A stretch of DNA of 26,219 nt from Amoeboradix gromovi X-113 (Eukaryota; Fungi; Sanchytriomycota), in the NCBI GenBank assembly GCA_018985225.1, contig JADGIF010000053.1, positions 1-26,219 on the forward strand. Reading direction: 5' to 3'. Both the position numbers and the translations under genes were made by a program. This document shows positions 1 to 8,395 of this stretch, in pieces. Position 1 is the stretch's first letter. Each line of letters begins with the position of its first letter. Below the pieces are notes generated by a model that was given only the letters and a program-made list of their open reading frames with translations, made no database searches and was not told the DNA's origin.

Positions 1-2
1 TA

Positions 3-1775
3 GAGCTGATTATCAGCACCGCAGGCACAAGCAGTAGGACAGTAATGATACCTACCACTGTAGGGCTTGACATACAACTGGTCGGGGATATATACTTGAG
101 AACACACATGGACAATAATGTACTAGTGCTAAACATAGAGCATGTCAGCAAGGGCGACAACAAGCCAGTGATACAAGTGTTTGACTCTTCGATTAGCCTA
201 TTTGTACGGAGCATGGGCATCAGTATAATTCACAAAAATGTCGAGCTGATGTACATGATGAATAGGAGCATAAGCGTGGTTTACAAATACAACAAAATGG
301 TGCACTACATAGAATTACTTGTAAAATGGATACAAATAGATAACCAGCTGATAGACGCAAGTAACATGGTGATTATGATGCCAATAAACAACAATATAGA
401 GCACTTGCAGGTTAAAATGATGATAAACAAGGAATTGAATGGATATATAAAACTGCTTAGTGTAGCGCTACAAGAGAGTAACATCGATATAGAGCTGCAC
501 CATCTGCAGCTAATGATGGATTACATGAACGCTTTGCTGGGCAGTGACGACAAGGAAACAGATAGCAGACCTGGCAGTACTGATAGTAAGAAAGATAATA
601 AAGAGGCATCCAACAAGATGTTTGTCGAACTGCTGCAGATTAATCCCATATTGCTCAACTTTAGTTTTAACAAGGGACAGGGAAATGATAAGATAATCAA
701 CATTATGACTTCGATGCTGGGTGTTCATGATGCAGAGATCAAGCTAAATGGATTAATAACTACAAAAGTGTACGGGGACGCAGAGCTGATAAAAAATCAA
801 CTGATGCAGCACTATCAGCAATCCGTTATGACTCAACTATACAAGCTGGTAGGTGGAGCAGATATGTTGGGTAATCCAATAGGCCTCTTCAGTAACATCA
901 GTAGTGGTGTCTTGAGCATTTTTTATGAGCCATACATGGGATTGATAAACGAGAGACCAGAGGAGATACTAAGCGGATTAGCGAAAGGGACAGAGATATT
1001 CGTGCGCAAGACGGTTTTTGGGTTTTCAGATTCGTTAACAAAAATTGGCTCTTCAGTGTCATCAGGATTAGGCTCCATAACATTGGACGGCGATTACTTA
1101 AAGCATCGCAGAATTACAAAGAATAGAAACAAACCAAGGCATGCCATTGAGGGCTTTACAAGTGGAGCTACAATGCTAGGAAGCAGCTTGAAGTCAGGAA
1201 TAAGTGGAATAGTCGATAAGCCAGTACAAGGTGCGAAAAACAACGGAATAGGCGGATTTATGATGGGTATAGGTCACGGATTGATAGGCGCTGTGAGCAA
1301 ACCAATAATAGGAGTAGTAGACATGGCGACTAGTATCGGAGAAGGAATAAAGAACACAGCAAGCGAGGATGAGTTAATTGATAGAGTGCGATATCCTCGA
1401 TACATTGGGAAGCCTTTAGAGACATATTCTTTTACCAAGAGCGAAGCACATTACATACTCAAGACAACAGACGTAGAAAAGTATATAAAAGATGACTATA
1501 AATCACACTATACGTGCAAAATAAACACGCTTCTAGTGATAGTCAGTAACGAGCACATTATGATGACAAGTAGGAAGATATATAAGAGCATGTGGGTGCT
1601 GAACATAAAAGATGTAGGTATATGCTACAGCGAGGGCGATAAAGTGATTGTAATGGACATTAATGGACAAGGATGCACAGCAGAATTCAATAAAAATAGT
1701 ACGGAAATTGCCAAGGAGATTCAAGACCTCGTAGATGGATTAAAAAAAGAAATTATAAATAAGCTGATTTACTAA
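3..1775 (+). CDS. VPS13: VPS13-family lipid transfer protein, C-terminal part (5' end lies outside the window)
   Basis: Frame is open from position 3 to TAA at 1773-1775. Contains the VPS13 C-terminal signatures GADMLGNPIGLFSNISSGV..IFYEPY.G, Gly-rich ATG2_C-like helices (GISGIVDKPVQGAK..G..GF..G.G.GLIGAVSKP..GV.D) and RVRYPRYI before the PH-like tail. Confidence 0.93.
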   Translation, partial: ELIISTAGTSSRTVMIPTTVGLDIQLVGDIYLRTHMDNNVLVLNIEHVSKGDNKPVIQVFDSSISLFVRSMGISIIHKNVELMYMMNRSISVVYKYNKMVHYIELLVKWIQIDNQLIDASNMVIMMPINNNIEHLQVKMMINKELNGYIKLLSVALQESNIDIELHHLQLMMDYMNALLGSDDKETDSRPGSTDSKKDNKEASNKMFVELLQINPILLNFSFNKGQGNDKIINIMTSMLGVHDAEIKLNGLITTKVYGDAELIKNQLMQHYQQSVMTQLYKLVGGADMLGNPIGLFSNISSGVLSIFYEPYMGLINERPEEILSGLAKGTEIFVRKTVFGFSDSLTKIGSSVSSGLGSITLDGDYLKHRRITKNRNKPRHAIEGFTSGATMLGSSLKSGISGIVDKPVQGAKNNGIGGFMMGIGHGLIGAVSKPIIGVVDMATSIGEGIKNTASEDELIDRVRYPRYIGKPLETYSFTKSEAHYILKTTDVEKYIKDDYKSHYTCKINTLLVIVSNEHIMMTSRKIYKSMWVLNIKDVGICYSEGDKVIVMDINGQGCTAEFNKNSTEIAKEIQDLVDGLKKEIINKLIY

Positions 1776-1923
1776 ATAAATAAGATTCTAGTAAGCATTC
1801 TTATCTCGGGTATTGCTAGTATTAAACTTGTATAACTCCAGCCAAGTGGCTTGCATAACGAGCCAATATGCTTAAAATGCAAGTTTATAGAGACAGCTAT
1901 TTACTTTATTTCAACCGGGGTTC

Positions 1924-4900
1924 TCATGCATTGCTGAAGTATGTCAATCCTTCGTATACTTCTGGTGTCACTCTTATCTGATATCCTTTGTTTGGCTTTA
2001 TCATCAACTTGCTTTTGTGCTCTATTTCACAATCTGGAAGCATAAGCATCCCTACTTTGCATGGTTGTAATTTCAGCTTCAAAGAATCTGATTTCTGCAA
2101 TAGTTTCCTCGTCATTCCTTTTATTATCCACTCATTAGTATCTTTTATATTTGCAACATAATCCATTGCTTCTGTCTCTATTAAATATTCCACATCTATT
2201 GTATCCACCAATAAACATTTACTAATACTTATTAGTTGCTTGATAATGAATGTTGTTGGTATCTCTGCCTGATTAAACTTTGTTTTAATTTCACAGGGAT
2301 ACAAACAGTGTTGCAAATCATTTGTCAGCAATTTTAGTTTAAAATCTTGTAACACACCCAAGTCTGCATGCTTACTAATATCCGGTATACTGCTGTTGGT
2401 GTTTGATATCATTTTACTCAGGTCGCTGAACTCTACAACTGCCTTGTTGGCAACGTAAATAAAATCGACGTTGTCCATGAACTGACATTTCAACTCATGT
2501 CTAGTTGAGTTAGGTATTAGAGAGAATGTATTCAAATATCCCATTATTTTCTGGAATATAAATGAATCTATGTAGCTGTATATCATCTTGAACTCCAAAT
2601 CATGCTGGAAATAGATCTTGTAGGACTCAGAGGGTAGAATGGTAAACCCGGTGTATTTGTTACATTCGTGGACTAGTACAGCGTATTTGCACTTGTTTGT
2701 AATCGATAAGCAAGTGTAACTGTTGACAGCATCTAGTTGCATGAGCAAATCGTTTCTATAGATATACATTTCTTCAGATGAGCATACGTGGTTCTTGCCT
2801 ATAGCGTCATCAAATGTGAAAACACAACCTACAGTGCAAGTTGTTTTTATGTTGGTGTTGATAAAGTACAACTTAAATTCGCCAATGTTACTCATCTCTG
2901 GTAAAACAAATGTGTTGTTGCTCAAAGTGCAGGTGTATGAATTTCCATTGCCTATAACTGTGCACGTGTCAGCTACAACTGCGCTGCTGTCCTGTTTTAG
3001 ATGCATAGTAAAAGTGCCATTTATTACATCACTAACTGGGCCATTTATAGTAACTCCTAATTGTATAGAATTTTCATGTACATACTCAAAGAATTCAATG
3101 TTGAACGCGCTAATAATTGGCGGTATTTCGATGATCTGCTTGTTGCTGTAATTCACAACAAAATCTAAAAGTGGGCCGCACTTGAACACATTGCTGATTA
3201 GATTGTATTTACCAGTGGGAATGACTAACAAGCTAGAATATTGTAACAGCGAATCTTTTTTTGGATCTATAACTGAGGATTTATTCACTAAAGTAAATTG
3301 TTTCTTGTTACTCATAGACTGGATAGTTAGCACGGAATTTATAAAGGATATCGGGAAATCAAAGTGATTGTGGAATAAAACATCCACTACAACTAGATTG
3401 TTTAATTCCTTGATGCTGTTAAATACCACTTTGGGAATATGAAAGATTGAAAGCATATTGAATTGGATAGGGATGGTGTTCAACGTGCATGTGGTGTGTA
3501 TACTATCCCAGATTGATTTGCAAGTATTTGCTTGGTATATAGATGAATCAAGCAACTTGCACAGAGTATAAATGATCTCCGAGTAGTTGTTTATTTTCCG
3601 ATAGCAAGACAACAACATTTCAAGCATACTGATACGCATAGCGTTGGGCAACTTGTGATTCAACAAACTAGTGGTCAAACCGATACAGTCGTCGGTAAAT
3701 TCTAATAATTGATAACATATTGACAGCTCTTTTTTCAACTTTATAGCATGGCGTTGCATTCCAATGCTTTCATATTTAAATGCCGCACTAAGACAGCTGG
3801 TTTCTATAAACTCTATCGTGTTGTTGCGAGTATTAAGTATGTTGTTGAACAACAGACTGTCACAGTGACCTTCATCAAAGAATGATGGATTCGCTAATAG
3901 TTGCTTAATTAAAAGCACCTGATACCAAGTCAACTCACCATAGTCTGATAATAACAAGGACACCGAATGATCATCTAGATGTGAATTAGTTGTGGCCTTT
4001 TTTAAATAAACTAAAACAGAATCCACCAAAGAGTACTTCCAAGATATGACCAGTTCAGTATCAGTGTTGTCGGGTTCATAGTCCACTATAAAAGACTTAA
4101 TCTTGGTAGATATTTCAAGTGGCAGATTCATAAAGTCATACAATAATATAATCTTGTGTAAAAGATAATGCTTAAAGTCAAAATCAGAGATGTTACCTTC
4201 AAGTATTAGCTGCTGATAAGGTTTGTTAACGAGATCGATGATGTTTATGTTTGGGTTAATTACCGAAGATTTATTAAAGGAATTGTCATAGGCAACTTGG
4301 ATTTCCTGATACTCAATCATGGCCTCGTTAAACATGTTCATACACTCGTACAATCTAGCCAGTGATTCCTTAATTAAACAATACTTTGAGAAGTTCCATC
4401 CTTGATTACGCCGATGGATCTCAATTCTTTTTAGTTCTTCGGTATAGTGCACCAGTTGTTGAGTAAATGACTCGATAACGCTAGTTTTGACCTGATCAAA
4501 AAACTCGTTCCAGCTGGCTTCCTCAAACTGTTTATTAAACTTTAGTTGACAGCAGTTCTTTTTTGCCAGCTTTTTAATTTGATCAAATATGAGAGATTTC
4601 TTATCGCTGCTCTGGCTAATGTAAATTATAAGGAACTGCTGATATGGTACTACATTTACAATGTCCAACCAAGAGATTACTCTATTCTTGACGACTTGTT
4701 GCCAAGTGTTTAAATCGTCACACTTGCAGATATAGAGATTGAGAAATGGAAACTTCTTGGGAACAGTAAAAGGAGATATATCTCGAAGTTTTAGGAATTC
4801 ACTGTTATCAAATACCCGCCATTCAAGATCTAACGTACGAATCTTTTTAAGTTGCTGTAAGCGTATATCGTTGACAATTATGTCTTTTATTGGCAATCTC

Positions 4901-4986
4901 TCTATGAGCTTGGGGCCTATGGTTGGCCACAATAGGAATTCATCAACATATGTGATAACAGCCTTTTGTTGAATGAGCTGAGGCAT
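1924..4986 (-). CDS. TRAPPC10: TRAPPII subunit TRAPPC10/Trs130 homologue, 1020 aa
   Basis: N-terminal LW..I...L..RLP, PFLNLYICKCDDL..W...VK..V..W and R.NQGWNFSKYCLIKESLA.LYE.M.M..EA..EY motifs. C-terminal WIIKG....L.P.KVG.L.LP motif. Confidence 0.88.
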   Translation of the reverse strand: MPQLIQQKAVITYVDEFLLWPTIGPKLIERLPIKDIIVNDIRLQQLKKIRTLDLEWRVFDNSEFLKLRDISPFTVPKKFPFLNLYICKCDDLNTWQQVVKNRVISWLDIVNVVPYQQFLIIYISQSSDKKSLIFDQIKKLAKKNCCQLKFNKQFEEASWNEFFDQVKTSVIESFTQQLVHYTEELKRIEIHRRNQGWNFSKYCLIKESLARLYECMNMFNEAMIEYQEIQVAYDNSFNKSSVINPNINIIDLVNKPYQQLILEGNISDFDFKHYLLHKIILLYDFMNLPLEISTKIKSFIVDYEPDNTDTELVISWKYSLVDSVLVYLKKATTNSHLDDHSVSLLLSDYGELTWYQVLLIKQLLANPSFFDEGHCDSLLFNNILNTRNNTIEFIETSCLSAAFKYESIGMQRHAIKLKKELSICYQLLEFTDDCIGLTTSLLNHKLPNAMRISMLEMLLSCYRKINNYSEIIYTLCKLLDSSIYQANTCKSIWDSIHTTCTLNTIPIQFNMLSIFHIPKVVFNSIKELNNLVVVDVLFHNHFDFPISFINSVLTIQSMSNKKQFTLVNKSSVIDPKKDSLLQYSSLLVIPTGKYNLISNVFKCGPLLDFVVNYSNKQIIEIPPIISAFNIEFFEYVHENSIQLGVTINGPVSDVINGTFTMHLKQDSSAVVADTCTVIGNGNSYTCTLSNNTFVLPEMSNIGEFKLYFINTNIKTTCTVGCVFTFDDAIGKNHVCSSEEMYIYRNDLLMQLDAVNSYTCLSITNKCKYAVLVHECNKYTGFTILPSESYKIYFQHDLEFKMIYSYIDSFIFQKIMGYLNTFSLIPNSTRHELKCQFMDNVDFIYVANKAVVEFSDLSKMISNTNSSIPDISKHADLGVLQDFKLKLLTNDLQHCLYPCEIKTKFNQAEIPTTFIIKQLISISKCLLVDTIDVEYLIETEAMDYVANIKDTNEWIIKGMTRKLLQKSDSLKLKLQPCKVGMLMLPDCEIEHKSKLMIKPNKGYQIRVTPEVYEGLTYFSNA

Positions 4987-5029
4987 GTCTGAAAAAATAT
5001 CAAAAGCTGGGAATAATTAAAACCTCCTA

Positions 5030-5542
5030 ATGAACATGTATAAAATTGCAATGAGTAGAAACCCATTTCTAACTCAGTGTGGAATAACAGGGGTGTTGTT
5101 AGGATCTGGTGATGTATTAGCTCAGCAGCTGGAAAAAGACAAGCCATACTCTGGCATCAGAACATTAAAAATGACTGCATTCGGGTTGATAGCTGTTGGT
5201 CCAGTCATTGTAACCTGGATGAACCTGTTGGATAAAGTCAGATTGGCTAACACTTATACCACTCTTGCAGCAAGACTGGCATTGGACCAATTTGCATTTA
5301 CTCCATTCTCACTGACTGGGTTTTTCACAGGAATGAGTTTAATGGAAGGGCATACATTGGAAAAAACAAAACTGAAGCTTAAGGAAAAGTTTACTGATAC
5401 TTTGAAAACCAGCTGGATGGTGTGGATACCTGTGCAGTCATTGAACTTAAGTCTTGTTCCAGTCCAGCATCGTCCTGCAATTATTCAAATAGTTGCATTG
5501 GGATGGAATACGTTCCTATCTTACACTAATTACAAGGATTAG
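5030..5542 (+). CDS. MPV17: Mpv17/PMP22-family membrane protein (Sym1/MPV17-like); start could be 5030 or 5036
   Basis: P.LTQ...TGVL.G.GD.LAQ, LDQF.F.P, W..W.P.Q..N...VP...R......V.LGWN.FLS family motifs. Confidence 0.9.
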   Translation: MNMYKIAMSRNPFLTQCGITGVLLGSGDVLAQQLEKDKPYSGIRTLKMTAFGLIAVGPVIVTWMNLLDKVRLANTYTTLAARLALDQFAFTPFSLTGFFTGMSLMEGHTLEKTKLKLKEKFTDTLKTSWMVWIPVQSLNLSLVPVQHRPAIIQIVALGWNTFLSYTNYKD

Positions 5543-5789
5543 ATAAGTAAACAATTACACTTTAATTCTCATTAACTATCTTGGTTTTTTTAGAATATCA
5601 CAATTTTCACAGAGGAACTTAAAAACTCGGTCAGCTTGTTAAATCAGCAACTGGCGCCACTGCAACCCTTTGACAGAATTGAGTAGTGATGCATTTACTT
5701 CAAGTGTTGCTCTCCACCTACTCTCAAGTGACATTCTATTTAAAAGATAAAACATTTGCAATCACAATTAATGCTTTATTAAGTGAGTG

Positions 5790-6404
5790 TCAATTACTAT
5801 TGTTCTCAGCAGCGCAATCTAAATTATTAAGTGCAATACATTCTAGATCTTCGCCTTTTACTAATGCGGTATCGTATCTTGCCGCTGTGAACAAGTAGTC
5901 TGATAGTCTATTCAGATACTTTTTTGCAGCGTCATCATAATTTTCATCGATTTCGAATAATTCAACACATCTTCTTTCAGCTGTTCTACAGAAACTTCTG
6001 CACACCTGCAAGTGCGCTGATCCCAAATTTCCTCCCGGTAGTATAAACTTTGTTAACGGCTGCAGTCCCTTGTCCATCTCATCTATCCAATTCTCAAGAA
6101 GTTCGACATTGTCGTAAGTAAAACTGGTTCTCTTTAATATTTTTTCTGGTGTCTTCTCTTCTCTTGGTGTTGCAATATGTGCATTCAAATCTTGTAATCT
6201 AGACTGGATATATCTTAATTGTTTGTTTATACTTTTATCTGCATAAATTCCTGCTACCCCCATTGATGAACTTAGTGTGTCCACACTTCCCAGTAATTCA
6301 AATATTGGACTTGCTTTTAAGACTCGTTTTCCGGTGAACAAAGATGTTAGTCCTTGGTCCCCTGTCCGTGTGTATATCTTTGCTAGTTTGTAACTGCTGC
6401 TCAT
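5790..6404 (-). CDS. MMAB: ATP:cob(I)alamin adenosyltransferase, PduO/MMAB type; probable structure complement(join(5790..5818,5840..6404)), 197 aa
   Basis: KIYTRTGDQGLTSLFTG.RV.K, FILPGG...A.L..CR..CR.AERR and YLNRLSDYLFTAARY motifs. First ATG is at 6404; the ORF track used TTG at 6422. Confidence 0.93.
   Translation of the reverse strand: MSSSYKLAKIYTRTGDQGLTSLFTGKRVLKASPIFELLGSVDTLSSSMGVAGIYADKSINKQLRYIQSRLQDLNAHIATPREEKTPEKILKRTSFTYDNVELLENWIDEMDKGLQPLTKFILPGGNLGSAHLQVCRSFCRTAERRCVELFEIDENYDDAAKKYLNRLSDYLFTAARYDTALVKGEDLECIALNNLDCAAENNSN
5819..5839 (-). other. Putative 21-nt in-frame spliceosomal intron in MMAB (GTATTGCACTTAATAATTTAG)
   Basis: Same GTAWW start and TAATTTAG end as the frame-restoring introns. 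Removal turns GEDLECIALNNLDCA into GEDLEYCA, placing Tyr 12 residues after the ARY motif as in MMAB homologues. Not required for the reading frame. Confidence 0.75.
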
Positions 6405-7079
6405 AGTTTCAAATAATATCAAATAGAAAAATGACCTACCAAGAAGCCGAAAAACATCTTCGAGAATGTCTCATACTAAAAACCCATTCGAGATCTTCGC
6501 CGCGAACCTGGTTCCGTATGTGCTTAAACAAGTCCGTGCTAGAATTCAACTATAACATCATCTCTTTGCGTCTTCAAGCAGGTTATTAACGATGAGATCT
6601 GTCTTATTACAATAGCCTTGAGACATAATCTGAGGATTAGCGCGGCTAACAAGTGAAAAGTATTTTTTATGATAGCTTCCAACACAGCTGCTAGTCTTCA
6701 ATAACTACTCGACGAGATGAAACTGATCCCAGGTCTCTTGTTGAGTTGCAGTCCATCATGTATGACGGATGCTATTGGAAAGAATTGATAAAGAGATCTC
6801 AAAATTAAAGGGTAGGCAATGTTGAAGATTAATGAATTTGTATATGAATTTTTTTGGGGAATTTTATGGTTTTGGCTCTAGCTGCATTCATCTTCTTCTT
6901 GGTGTCATGAGCTTGTGACTAATAAAGGCCACCTTCAGCGGCTCGGAGATTGCAATCATGCATGAAACAACCTTAGTTTTTCGGTGCGCTTTATAATCGT
7001 GCATCATACAGATTTTTTAAAATAGATATTACTTTGTAAGCAATTTTGCGTTTTTTCAGGCTATATGATAACGAACGAG

Positions 7080-8330
7080 ACACCAAATATAAAAACTAGA
7101 CTAACTCGTATTTAAAGATCTTCTTCTGTTATACCAATTTTCTTTCATTAATTTCAATCCCCTCTTCAAAATAAAACTAGAAGACCCTGCATCTCTTTCA
7201 AATATATGAGGTCCTTGAGCATCTAAGCAAAGGGTGCATTTTCTTAGACGGTACTCTTTTCTAGAGTCGTTTTGTAATGTTATACTAACATCATTACTCT
7301 TATTTATTTGAAATAAAGATTGGATGAAAGAGTAAGAGAATAGCTGTACAGAATATCTATTTTCCTTTTATACTCGTCAACTCCGCAACTAGCTGAATGT
7401 CCACTCGCCTCTTAAATCCATAAAATTAATAAAGCTGAAATAATGTGCCAAGTTGTTACTGAAAGTTAGTCCAGTTTATATTTGATGTCCCATCTGTATT
7501 TTTAAACATTTCAGAATGACCCAAACCGGAATACATGTCAAATCTAAAGAAATAACTAATAGTTACAGCATACATCAGCGTCGAGGAACTGGTCCGAACT
7601 TAGAACAGTTAGATGTCTATCAATGCCTGGAGAGATATTAACGATAAATAAACCTGTAAACCATTTATTTAATAATTCGTATGACTAGGCAAAGCCATCG
7701 TATGTGATTGATCTTTCTGGCAGCAAGTAATACATCAAGTATCTGCATCCTTATTCAATCCCGCCTAGGGTAGTGAAATCGTGAGCAATCACTGTAAAAA
7801 GATTTATTAGCATTGCTAGTTTCTCTGTGGAAATTTTCGATTTTCTCGAAAATCAGGACTTTTAACGAGGTCCATATTTATTTTAACCGAGTCATCCGCC
7901 ATACAAGATGTGTTAAAAAATGCAATTTACTAGAGTGACGACGGTAATATAAGTAACAGACAAGGCCGCTGCATTATACTAAACAAGAAACTTGTGTGCT
8001 ACTTGTAAGTATTGATTTTGCTTCCTCATTACTCCAGAACTTCCAGACATTGCTGTAGCTGTAAATGAATGAAATAAGCAAATCATTAAGACTACCCGTA
8101 CAGATCCAAGGCTATGCCATTGTACAAATTGATGTAACCGTAAGTAGAGATGTGAATGAGCATATAGTAATCTTCAATTTACAGATTGCATACTAAGCGA
8201 CTTTGAACGACCTGGTTGGCAAGGATTAAGAAACGACAACAGCGAATTATCGCAAAATGTAAAATCATACTGTGTGAGACAATTCTGCTAGAATGCATCC
8301 ACATGTTCGAGCTATTTTCGCTTGTTCTAG
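7080..8330 (+). pseudogene. Probable heavily decayed cysteine-containing LRR (FBXL/GRR1/AMN1-type) gene; boundaries approximate
   Basis: LRR-like peptide scraps in different + frames separated by stops and frameshifts: EVLEHLSKGCIFL (~7208), PNLEQLDVYQC (~7594), EIVSNHCKKI (~7775), LTESSAIQDVLK (~7883), VTDKAAAL (~7953), ETCVLLVSIDFAS (~7987). Recognised by eye only. Confidence 0.4.
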
Positions 8331-8395
8331 TCTCGTTTTTGCAGCGCGTGTTTCAATGAGCTTCATCTTAAATACTGAAATAACATTAATTTTAT

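Noticed and set aside
1935-1960. 26-nt GT...TTGAC...CAG candidate intron at the TRAPPC10 3' end (- strand)
   Set aside because: Does not fit the TAAT-NN-AG consensus or the 19-21 nt length. Both endings give a plausible short tail, so it is undecidable without cDNA.
3194-3212. 19-nt GT...CTAATCAG element on the - strand in TRAPPC10
   Set aside because: The branch motif is one nt closer to the AG than in supported introns, and removal would frameshift an uninterrupted 1020-aa ORF.
6431-6589. Short + strand ORF (MTYQEAEKHLRECL...) containing a 17-nt GTATGTGCTTAAACAAG candidate intron at 6516-6532
   Set aside because: Spliced and unspliced products are both short with no recognisable family, and the element is shorter than any supported intron. 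Left unresolved.
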